A stretch of 64,000 nt of DNA, taken from the IMG/VR virus record IMGVR_UViG_3300031873_001030; one strand, 5' to 3'. How positions within the stretch are numbered: the first letter of the stretch is position 1; each line of letters starts with the position of its first letter. The translations under genes and the position numbers were made by a program. Below are positions 17,743 through 25,713 of this stretch, piece after piece. This DNA is from a virus (lineage: Duplodnaviria; Heunggongvirae; Uroviricota; Caudoviricetes). The notes below the pieces were generated by a model. The model did no database searches. It had not been told where the DNA came from and worked only from the letters and a program-made list of their open reading frames with translations.

Positions 17743-18933
17743 ATGACGTTGAAGAATCTTGTAACGCCATTGGAACTTAAGACTCTCTGGGATTCTGAAT
17801 ATTACAAATCAATATTGACAGCTACAGCTAGCAGCTGCCAATTTGGAAGGATAAGAGAACACCAACGTAATAATACATTCAAAGAAATCAGAGCCAATCT
17901 GAATGCTCTGATAGTTGGAGAATATGGAATTGGGAAATCCACAATGTTGGACATTAAGAATGTCCCAATAGTCAGGGCTAATACAGTTTCAGTTGCTGGA
18001 CTAGCTGGAACTACGACAAGAAGTGGGGAACACGTTATTGGAGCTGCATATAAAGCTAATAATAAATTACTAATTATAGATGACGTTGGTAGTGGTGAAA
18101 ATTCTTATATAGATAATTCTGTAAAACGATGCATGAATCTGCTATTGGAACCTCCGCATACTTTTTCACGAATGTTAGGATTTAAGATGAACATTCCTGT
18201 GAAAGAGAAGAAGGGTGGAGCTTGGGTGAAAGGAAGTGAGAATCAGTTTACATTGCGTTCTAAGTTCAGTTGCATCGTAGCTACAACATCAGTTGTAATT
18301 CGAAATACTGATGACAAAGCTTGGATGTCAAGATTCGTACCAGTAAAACTACATGGTAGTGTGGATTACATGTTTGAATTTTTATCTGGTTCTAATCCAT
18401 TTACAATTACTGGTTTGAATCGGAAAGTCAAGTTATTTGAATTTCCAGATTATCTGGAATTCTTGGAATTCTATGAAGAACATTTTCGTGGAAGTCTGTG
18501 GGAGAAAAGCATAATAGAAAAGGAAGATGAAGTCGGTTCTATAGCGAGAAATACTGGTGACTTGGTAAGATTGGCTGCTTTCAATTGCGCTGTCGATGAT
18601 AGAATAAATATAGAATTTGAAGATGCCAAGAAAGTTTTTGATAGGTTCTACAATCAGATATGGTTCAATATCCAAGTTGGACCACTGACTCATGAACAAT
18701 ATAGAGTTCTATTACTTCTCAATAAGAAGTTGACTGAAGATGAGATAGCAGAAACTATACAAAGGTCACAGCCTTACGTATCTAAGATGATAGAGAAATT
18801 TGAAAGTAAGGGAATACTTGTAGACAGAAAAGTTGCGAAAGAAGTTGAAAACTTTAAACAAACTTCATGGGAAAAACTCGAACCACAGCAGACTTTATCA
18901 GAATCTGTAAAGTTAGATGGTAGTCATGAGTGA
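17743..18933 (+). CDS. mini-MCM-like AAA+ helicase core with C-terminal winged helix (no N-terminal OB/zinc domain)
   Basis: Walker A LIVGEYGIGKST; MCM-like GLAGTTTRSGEH...LLIIDDVGSGEN block; arginine-finger-like SRFVPVKL; C-terminal wH LTEDEIAETIQRSQPYVSKMIEKFESKGIL. Confidence 0.5.
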   Translation: MTLKNLVTPLELKTLWDSEYYKSILTATASSCQFGRIREHQRNNTFKEIRANLNALIVGEYGIGKSTMLDIKNVPIVRANTVSVAGLAGTTTRSGEHVIGAAYKANNKLLIIDDVGSGENSYIDNSVKRCMNLLLEPPHTFSRMLGFKMNIPVKEKKGGAWVKGSENQFTLRSKFSCIVATTSVVIRNTDDKAWMSRFVPVKLHGSVDYMFEFLSGSNPFTITGLNRKVKLFEFPDYLEFLEFYEEHFRGSLWEKSIIEKEDEVGSIARNTGDLVRLAAFNCAVDDRINIEFEDAKKVFDRFYNQIWFNIQVGPLTHEQYRVLLLLNKKLTEDEIAETIQRSQPYVSKMIEKFESKGILVDRKVAKEVENFKQTSWEKLEPQQTLSESVKLDGSHE

Positions 18934-19184
18934 TTATAAAGATAAATTGCATTATAGTGAACGTGATGATAGATATTACACAATGAGTGACTATGAAAAA
19001 AAATATCGACAAACTAAAAAGTACAAGGAATATAGAAAAAAATATCGGAAAAAACTGAAAGAGAAAAGGTTGATGAGAAGTTACAAATGATATTACAAAA
19101 TCGGCGCGCGCAAGTTTAACTAAAGCTATTAGCTGATGTGATGAGACTACTATGTAGGAGTAATGCTATATGAAGAACTCTAAG

Positions 19185-19520
19185 TAGTAAAAATAAAAAA
19201 ATTATATAATATATATATTAGAGTATATGAATGAAATCGTTGTTGGAGTTAAGGCGTAGAATGTCTCCGTTGGGGTAATTCATCTAGTCTGTATAGAGTA
19301 GAGGAAGAATATTCCAAATCGCAGAACATAGAGAGAGAGAGAGAGAAAATCTTGACTTCTTGTTTTGCCAAATGGAATATTTTGCTAGTAGTCTATAAAG
19401 ACTAGATGAACAAGGCTAACGGAGACAATTTACGCCTTCTTTCCAATAACGAAAAACGCAGTTTTTTTGCCAAAAATGATATTGAAAAAAGCCACTTTTT
19501 CGTTGTTTTTTGAAACAGCA
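19185..19520. other. candidate replication origin: AT-rich tract followed by a 190-bp imperfect palindrome (arms 19251-19330 and 19355-19438) around a (GA)8 centre
   Basis: Arms include AAGGCGTAGAATGTCTCCGTTGG vs the reverse complement of CTAACGGAGACAATTTACGCCTT, CATCTAGTCT vs AGACTAGATG, and AATATTCCAAAT vs ATTCCATTTGGCAAAAC (ORB-like TTCCA...TGG..AAAC); no ORFs; immediately downstream of the MCM-like gene. Confidence 0.4.
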
Positions 19521-19672
19521 CTAAATTCATAGACTAGTAGTAAAAAAAACTCAAATTAAGTATATGCTTCAAAACATACTTCATATGATATAATTTAACG
19601 AAGGATGACATTTCATGCATTGAAGATATTTAAACTTGAAAAACGAAAGTTATCATTAGTTTAAGTGATAAG

Positions 19673-20074
19673 ATGTTGGAAGAAAAACATAAAGGTTCTT
19701 CAAGTTTTTTACTGATTTTGCTTGGAATTTTTATTGGTGTAGCTATTATGTTTTTGATTGGTTTCATTTCAGATTCAAATCCAGATTTTGATTCACCTTC
19801 AGTCAAACTTTTGGGAACTTGGCAGACTTTCATACCAATCAATGGTGTTCAGAATTTATTCACATTCAGTTTTGACAAGAACGCTAGCACAATCATAGCT
19901 TCAGAAACTGCATCAGTCAGTGGAAAATATGAGATTAAAGGTTCAAGTCTGACTATCTTCGATTCCAGCAATCAGACAATTTCAGTTTATACTTATCAAT
20001 TTATTACAGATAACTCTTTGAGTCTGATTCAGTCTGGACAAAATTTAGGAATTATTCTGACTAGATTGGCATAA
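19673..20074 (+). CDS. secreted/anchored hypothetical protein (133 aa)
   Basis: N-terminal TM/signal segment FLLILLGIFIGVAIMFLIGFI. Confidence 0.4.
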   Translation: MLEEKHKGSSSFLLILLGIFIGVAIMFLIGFISDSNPDFDSPSVKLLGTWQTFIPINGVQNLFTFSFDKNASTIIASETASVSGKYEIKGSSLTIFDSSNQTISVYTYQFITDNSLSLIQSGQNLGIILTRLA

Positions 20075-20128
20075 AAATTTTAAAACTTTATAAAGAATGA
20101 TTCCTAAATGAATTGTAGGAAATTTTAA

Positions 20129-20344
20129 TTGGTAAATATGGATTTTATACCTGGAAAATTTTACAGTGTTAAGGAAATAGATGAAGGACTTACAGATTTG
20201 AGAGTCATACACAAGATTAAGGGTGTCGATTATCATCTTTTTAGGAATAAATCACATGATGATGGGAATAGGTATTATCTTATGTATGTTTCAAAAGCGT
20301 ATTGGTTGAAAGAAATACGGGAACGAGGTTTGTTGAAAATATGA
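20129..20344 (+). CDS. hypothetical small protein (71 aa)
   Basis: ORF track. Confidence 0.3.
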   Translation: MVNMDFIPGKFYSVKEIDEGLTDLRVIHKIKGVDYHLFRNKSHDDGNRYYLMYVSKAYWLKEIRERGLLKI

Positions 20345-20502
20345 CAAGAGAAGATAGAAGAAACAAAGTCGCACCAGGATGGAAATTTCTCCATAGCAAG
20401 AATAAGACCCTGCTGTTGAGATACGACAATGAAAATAAATAAAATCAGGAAAGTGAAAAATAGATGACTCACCAAATATAAAGAATAATGAAAGTGAAAT
20501 AG

Positions 20503-21249
20503 ATGAGTATCATAGAAGTCAGAAAAGATGCTGCTTATAGAGCTATGAAAGATATTATTTCGCTGATTAATAATGTTAATACAGTTTATGATGTGGGTGG
20601 GAGGAATGGTTGTGACAAACTTTTGAAGAAAGTGAAAAATGTTATCATTTTGGATAGGAATAAAGAGATGCTTGCAAGAGCACGGAGGAAAGGATTCAGA
20701 ACTATCTGTTGTGATTTGAATTACAAGCTTCCATTGAAAAGCAATTCTATAGAAGCATATTTTTGTGCTAATCTAGTGGAGCACATAGTAAATATAGATA
20801 TACTCATATCTGAGATGTGGAGGACTTTGAAACCAGGTGGAACTTTATTTATTCTGACGCCGAATTTGGTCTCGCTGCATAATCGGTTCTTGTTCTTATT
20901 TGGAAAATTACCGACTTGTTGCTGTGTATCTGATTTGTTCTATGTTGGAAGTTCTGGAGAAGAGGGGATATCCCATCGGCATATAAGAATGCATACATTC
21001 TCGTCTCTTGCGAGACTATTTGAACTTCATGGTTTTGATTCTGTGCTTATGAAGGGTTCTGGGTTCTATCCAAGTTTCCTCAATTTCATGTCAGGTGTAG
21101 TGCCTACATTCTCGGTGTATATAATAGCGGTATTTAGAAAGGGAAAAGTTCCAAAAGATGATGTCAGGAGACTTTTGTATAGGAAGCTATATGATGATGA
21201 TATGGAACTGTTAAAAAGAAAATTGTTAGATAGCAGATATGATTTATAG
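20503..21249 (+). CDS. class I SAM-dependent methyltransferase (paralog 2)
   Basis: VYDVGGRNG motif I; shared KLPLKSNSIE motif; LVEHIVN...LKPGGTLFILTPN. Confidence 0.55.
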   Translation: MSIIEVRKDAAYRAMKDIISLINNVNTVYDVGGRNGCDKLLKKVKNVIILDRNKEMLARARRKGFRTICCDLNYKLPLKSNSIEAYFCANLVEHIVNIDILISEMWRTLKPGGTLFILTPNLVSLHNRFLFLFGKLPTCCCVSDLFYVGSSGEEGISHRHIRMHTFSSLARLFELHGFDSVLMKGSGFYPSFLNFMSGVVPTFSVYIIAVFRKGKVPKDDVRRLLYRKLYDDDMELLKRKLLDSRYDL

Positions 21250-21672
21250 AGACTATGTTTTGGATGTCGGTTGTGGAAAAGGAAATCTTGAAGTGATATT
21301 GGAAAGAAGGGGATTTGAAAATCTTTTTGCATTGGACAGTTCCAAAATGGCATTGGCAGAACTTAAATTGAGAACAAGAAAAAGCAAGACATCCAAAATC
21401 CTATGCAAGTCATAAAGGAATGCATGAGAGTTGGCAGACAAGCTATCATAGCCGTTCCTAATGGATTTTGGGTCGAACTGATACCTAAGAATTGGACTAT
21501 GCCAATTCCAAATTACTATGCACCTACAAAGAAATTGTTGAAATCTGCTGTGCATTGGTTGGGAGGAGAGATAATAGAATGGAATTATTACTATTCAGAT
21601 TTCAGATTCATAAGAAAATTCTTTCCAAGATGGTTCAGTACTAGCTTCATAGTAAGAGTAAAAAAACGATAA
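21237..21672 (+). pseudogene. SAM-dependent methyltransferase split by a frameshift inside an A5 tract (N-part 21237-21417, C-part open from 21367 to 21672)
   Basis: N-part has motif I VLDVGCGKG; C-part (different frame) has the post-motif-II region RVGRQAIIAVPNGFW; frames overlap around AAGAAAAAGCAAG at 21376-21388. Confidence 0.45.
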
Positions 21673-21728
21673 GTTTATATACTTTCACAAACAATATATA
21701 ATATGCTTCAGAGACATGAAGTTAACTA

Positions 21729-22961
21729 TTGGAGATGAAAGTGATGAACATAGGTGAAGTTGAAATTGGAAAACCTTGGCAATATAAGGAAAATTCTATT
21801 GGAATTGTTGTTCCACTTTTAAGGAAGAATCAAGTCAAAAGAAATTATAAGACAGTTGAGGAAGTTAAGGAGATGATGAATATCAAGGATACTGGAAATA
21901 TAGACAGTGTTGAAATTTCCTCAAAAGTCAATGAACCAGTTTTTATCAGGAGCGGGACGATGTTTGAAGGGGTTGGAACTCAGAGCAGGACGCCAACAAC
22001 TAGCATTGTCATAATTCCAAATCAACAGCCTATGAAAGTTCCTGTAAAATGCATACATGCTTCTCATCACATATCTTCTGGAAGCAACTTTAAAGTCGCA
22101 GGTAGTATTCCCCACTATATTGGTTATGCAGCTTTTGGACCAAGGGCTAGTCAATCTCGTGTGTGGTCTTCTGTAAGCATGCAAGCAAGTTCTGTAAGCC
22201 ATCATGCTATGCATCTTTCTGACAATCTTATCGATAACGTAAGAAAAATAGAAACTTTTAAGAAAGATATTGGCGAAGCAGTTAAAAACTATCCGATATT
22301 GAAAAATCAAGTTGGTATAGTTGTTCTTGATTTTAACGGGGTTGTTGGTCTTGAGATGTTTGATAATTCTGAATCTTGGGCAGCAGTATGTAAAGACATA
22401 ATCAATAAGTATTCTGACACAATAACACAGCTTGTTGACAGTCCTTTATTTTCATTGAATGAAGAAAGCATAAAACCAAAGATATTGGAATTCTTGAAGA
22501 AGCTGACAGAAGCAAAAGAAGAGATTATCTTTCAAGCAGATGTGATGAAAACAATCTTATTGGAAAATGGAGATATCATTGGAGAATGTACGAGTATTGA
22601 TGGCAGGATGATACATCTCATGGGAATGAAAAAGAAGGATGAGGAAAGGACATATGGTTCAGTTGCTCCAAATAATTTACCATTTACACCACAAAATTGG
22701 ACAACCAGAGGTTCTAACTATTCTGTGCTATCTGCACTTGGAGATGGAAGTAGGAGATTTTCAGAAATAGAGAAAACAACTAAATTATCCCCAGCTACAG
22801 TAAGCAAAAATTTAAGCAAGTTCCATTCTCTTGGATTTATTGACAAGTCAGCAGAAATAATAAACAACAAGGCCCGTGAAGTTTATAGCCTTACAAGCAA
22901 CGGTAAAAATGCATTTTTTACTATGCATGATGTCAGGAAGAAATTGATGAAGCTTGGATAA
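21729..22961 (+). CDS. putative transcriptional regulator (410 aa) with C-terminal winged helix-turn-helix
   Basis: C-terminal RRFSEIEKTTKLSPATVSKNLSKFHSLGFIDK resembles ArsR/MarR-type wHTH; N-terminal domain unrecognised. Confidence 0.4.
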   Translation: MEMKVMNIGEVEIGKPWQYKENSIGIVVPLLRKNQVKRNYKTVEEVKEMMNIKDTGNIDSVEISSKVNEPVFIRSGTMFEGVGTQSRTPTTSIVIIPNQQPMKVPVKCIHASHHISSGSNFKVAGSIPHYIGYAAFGPRASQSRVWSSVSMQASSVSHHAMHLSDNLIDNVRKIETFKKDIGEAVKNYPILKNQVGIVVLDFNGVVGLEMFDNSESWAAVCKDIINKYSDTITQLVDSPLFSLNEESIKPKILEFLKKLTEAKEEIIFQADVMKTILLENGDIIGECTSIDGRMIHLMGMKKKDEERTYGSVAPNNLPFTPQNWTTRGSNYSVLSALGDGSRRFSEIEKTTKLSPATVSKNLSKFHSLGFIDKSAEIINNKAREVYSLTSNGKNAFFTMHDVRKKLMKLG

Positions 22962-23109
22962 GCCTTAAATACTTTAACAGCCAATATTTTTTAGATATCA
23001 AATGAGAATCTACGATAATGTCACGATATAAGTTACACATTATGTGTAACCTCTCTATCTTTGCCTAGCAAGTGAAGACAGGGACATAAAAGAAAAAGAG
23101 GTAGATTCA

Positions 23110-23427
23110 ATGGTATTAATGTATAGGCAGGGAGACTTGCTTTTCAGAAAAGTAGAGAAGATTCCTTCTAATGCAGATGTCGTTAAAAATGGCGTTATTC
23201 TAAAAGGTGAAGCGACTGGACATGCTCACAAGCTTGTAGGCGGTACAGTATTTTCACAGTCAACTGGATTCATGGGAAATGGTCCAAGACAAATGTTCCT
23301 TCAAGTTGAAAAGAGCGGAAGAGTTGTTCATGAAGAACATAAAACAATTGAACTTGAAATTGGGTTCTACATCGTAATCCGTCAACGTGAATATAACCCA
23401 TACAGAATCTCATTAGTCGGGGATTAG
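23110..23427 (+). CDS. hypothetical protein (105 aa)
   Basis: ORF track; coupled to the next gene. Confidence 0.35.
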   Translation: MVLMYRQGDLLFRKVEKIPSNADVVKNGVILKGEATGHAHKLVGGTVFSQSTGFMGNGPRQMFLQVEKSGRVVHEEHKTIELEIGFYIVIRQREYNPYRISLVGD

Positions 23428-24054
23428 ATGATGGACGAATTCAAGAACACAATGAAAGGATTCTTTCACAGTTTTGATTATCTTCCTGAAGTGTTCAAGA
23501 CTCTTCATATCATAAGGCTAGTTCCAGGAAAGTTCGAGGTCAAGATGAAGCAGCCAATGATAATCCTTGGAAACCTGAGATTCCTGAATGAGACAAAACA
23601 TAGATGGCAGGAATACAATTTCGAAACTTTCTTCCTCAAAAAGAGAATTCCAGATTGCCAATGCAAAGAAGTCATGGATGCTGCAAAGGAATACATCCTA
23701 TTCAAAAGACTGCATGAGAACCAGAAAATCAGTGCAAGAGAAATAATGAATTGCAAAAATCTCGAATTGAGGAGAGCATTACTTGAAAGGTTTGGTTATG
23801 AGAAAATGTTGAATGAGCTTGGTGGACATATGATAGATGCAGAAGGAAATTACATTCTTTTCAAAATGGATTTCAGGGAAGTAAATGAATCTGTAAAATT
23901 AAATGAGGATGTAAAACTTTTGAAGATGAAGGATTCCTCAACAGAAAGATGGTATGTATTAAGGGTTCCTCCAAATGTAAAAAATTGCACTGAAGCTGTG
24001 TCATGGTCTTTCAATACGCCAGTTGAAGAATACAAATTAGAAGTGGAAACATAG
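23428..24054 (+). CDS. hypothetical protein (208 aa)
   Basis: ORF track; ends at the tRNA-like fragment. Confidence 0.4.
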   Translation: MMDEFKNTMKGFFHSFDYLPEVFKTLHIIRLVPGKFEVKMKQPMIILGNLRFLNETKHRWQEYNFETFFLKKRIPDCQCKEVMDAAKEYILFKRLHENQKISAREIMNCKNLELRRALLERFGYEKMLNELGGHMIDAEGNYILFKMDFREVNESVKLNEDVKLLKMKDSSTERWYVLRVPPNVKNCTEAVSWSFNTPVEEYKLEVET

Positions 24055-24100
24055 TGCGTGTGACAGGATTTGAACCTGTAAGGCACTAAGCAACGGATAT
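24054..24100 (-). other. tRNA 3'-half-like fragment (T-arm ACAGGTTCAAATCCTGT + CACACGCA) without a matching 5' acceptor strand
   Basis: Perfect T-stem-loop on the minus strand but no complementary 5' strand within 300 nt; possible att-site remnant or split tRNA. Confidence 0.3.
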
Positions 24101-24415
24101 CCAAGTCCTAATCGTTTAAGTTTACTCTTGGTTTGAGCCTTTGAGTTTGGGCCTCTAAGTCCGCCTATCTTTTAAATAATTATATATGCTGTAATATATA
24201 TTATGAAAAAGCGAAAACTAATTTAACTGTTGAAATTAAAGTTATTGGATATGTCTTACTGTAAAGCATGCAGAATATGCCTTCCTTTCTTAATTCATCA
24301 TGCAATTTTATAATTAAGAAGGTTATAATGTTGACTTTGATACTCTTCTTTCCAGCACAAGCTCATATCTTTTTAATACCTTCCTTATTGCAGCAATGAT
24401 ACTTATCTTTTTCTC

Positions 24416-24479
24416 TTAACATATGTTAATCAGTGATGCAGCATAATGCAAAATTCCTTCAGTCTTTAACATATGTTAA
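24416..24479. repeat. pair of palindrome cores (24416-24429, 24466-24479) with a 36-nt spacer
   Basis: Read in sequence; intergenic between the tRNA fragment and tRNA-Pro. Confidence 0.9.
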
Positions 24480-24601
24480 TGTCAAATTAGAAATGCAATA
24501 CGATTGTTAACAAGAAAGTTAACAAAGTCTCACCTGCCAGAATTGCACCAGCATCTACGAGGCTACAGCTCGTTGTTCTACTGTTGAACTAAGGCGAGTT
24601 G

Positions 24602-24674
24602 TGGGGATGCTGAGATTTGAACTCAGATTATTCGCTTCCAGAGCGAAGGTTCTAACAAGTTATACTACATCCCC
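24602..24674 (-). tRNA. tRNA-Pro (anticodon UGG); D-arm non-canonical by eye
   Basis: Minus-strand read GGGGATG...TTCGC-TCTGGAA-GCGAA...CTGAG-TTCAAAT-CTCAG-CATCCCC-A; acceptor, anticodon and T arms perfect. Confidence 0.6.
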
Positions 24675-24677
24675 AAG

Positions 24678-24751
24678 GGAGAATAGAGGGATTTGAACCC
24701 TCTCTAACAAGTTCACAGCTTGACGTGCTCGCCTACTACACCATATTCTCC
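24678..24751 (-). tRNA. tRNA-His (anticodon GUG) with genome-encoded G-1
   Basis: G-1:C73 pair; acceptor GAGAATA/TATTCTC; D-stem GTGT/GCAC; anticodon loop CTGTGAA; T-arm GAGGG-TTCAAAT-CCCTC; 3 nt from tRNA-Pro. Confidence 0.7.
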
Positions 24752-25212
24752 ATTTTATTATGTTCTTCTCTATGGCAATTTGCACATAGAAGTTTGCATT
24801 TCTGCAATTCTTTTCGTATCACCTCGAGACTATTATGCCATATTCTGGATATTTCATATTTCTTTTCTCCGTTCATATGATGAAATTCAAGTGCTGCGAA
24901 ACATTTGTTATATCCACATTTTTGACATTTACCTCCAAATTCCATTTTCATAATTTTTGTTTTTTCTTGGTTTTTACGCTTTTGTGCTATATACCACAAA
25001 TGTCTCTGAGGGAGAGATGATTTTTGTTTATGTTGTTTTATATATTTTCTCATATATTCTCTATGATATTTTTTCCTTTTTTCTCTGTTTTCAGGGTTTG
25101 ACAACCAAATTTTCCATCGTTCTTTTTCTTGCTCACGGTGTGATTTTCTATATAATCTATTTATTTCACACAATCGTTCTTTGTTTTTTTCATAATATTT
25201 TTTACTGGTCAT
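24736..25212 (-). CDS. HNH endonuclease (158 aa); final 5 codons overlap the 5' end of tRNA-His
   Basis: HNH core CQKCGY...LEFHHMNG...N...CANCHREEHN; basic K/R-rich N-terminus; stop TAG at 24736-24738 lies inside tRNA-His. Confidence 0.6.
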   Translation of the reverse strand: MTSKKYYEKNKERLCEINRLYRKSHREQEKERWKIWLSNPENREKRKKYHREYMRKYIKQHKQKSSLPQRHLWYIAQKRKNQEKTKIMKMEFGGKCQKCGYNKCFAALEFHHMNGEKKYEISRIWHNSLEVIRKELQKCKLLCANCHREEHNKMENMV

Positions 25213-25255
25213 ATAATGTAATTGTTTAATACCATTTATATTTGTTGTTGAACTA

Positions 25256-25330
25256 CGCTCTGGGCAAGACTCGAACTTGCAATTTCTCCGTTAACAGCGG
25301 AGCGCTTGTACCTGTTTAAGCTGCCAGAGC
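25256..25330 (-). tRNA. tRNA-Asn (anticodon GUU)
   Basis: GCTCTGG-CA-GCTT-AAACAGGTAC-AAGC-G-CTCCG-CTGTTAA-CGGAG-AAAT-GCAAG-TTCGAGT-CTTGC-CCAGAGC-G; all stems canonical. Confidence 0.75.
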
Positions 25331-25333
25331 AAG

Positions 25334-25437
25334 TACTCCCCGAATGATTCGAACATTCGTCTCTTGGTTTCTCCAAGTTTCAGATTCTTGTTGAAATTAT
25401 CAAAGCCAAGCATCTTTGTCCACTGGACGAGGGGAGT
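25334..25437 (-). tRNA. tRNA-Gln (anticodon UUG) with A1:U72 pair and a roughly 31-nt intron at position 37/38 (intron about 25368-25398)
   Basis: Acceptor ACTCCCC/GGGGAGT; T-arm GAATG-TTCGAAT-CATTC; anticodon stem CTTGG/CCAAG with loop CTTTGA|intron|A; D-arm fit only approximate. Confidence 0.45.
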
Positions 25438-25469
25438 ATATTGATTGTAGTTCTTTTTAAAAACTATGG

Positions 25470-25545
25470 ACACAAGCGGGAATCGAACTCGCATCTCTTT
25501 CTTGCAAGGGAAGTATCCTACCATTAAACGATTGGCCCGTCATTG
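25470..25545 (-). other. tRNA-like sequence with T-loop TTCGATT that I could not fold into a canonical cloverleaf
   Basis: GCGAG-TTCGATT-CCCGC followed by TTGTGTCCA; no matching 5' acceptor strand found nearby. Confidence 0.2.
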
Positions 25546-25713
25546 AAGAAAAAAGAACTAGCTCTATTGATTTGCCTTATGGGCGGGCTGTTGATTATAT
25601 GCTTCAATAGACATATTAGAAAATTTAGTCTTGATGATTGATTTGATTTTGTATTATGTGATATATAGAATGCAATATATATTTTAGAAGCATTATTTTC
25701 TAGATTTATCCCT

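Noticed and set aside
21253-21555. 100-aa minus-strand ORF
   Set aside because: It is antisense to the two halves of the frameshifted methyltransferase, which carry recognisable MTase motifs.
24054-24175. Full-length tRNA gene at 24054-24175 (minus)
   Set aside because: Only the T-arm and 3' acceptor strand are recognisable, and no complementary 5' acceptor strand lies within 300 nt even allowing an intron. It is therefore kept as a fragment-like feature rather than a tRNA call.
698-24479. Possibility that the palindrome-spacer arrays are a CRISPR locus
   Set aside because: The repeat is only 14-18 bp and perfectly palindromic. Arrays have 2-4 units and irregular spacer lengths (23-52 nt). 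Copies are scattered at at least eight sites, and no cas1/cas2 or effector genes are present. The only Cas-like gene is an isolated Cas4/RecB-type nuclease 8 kb away.
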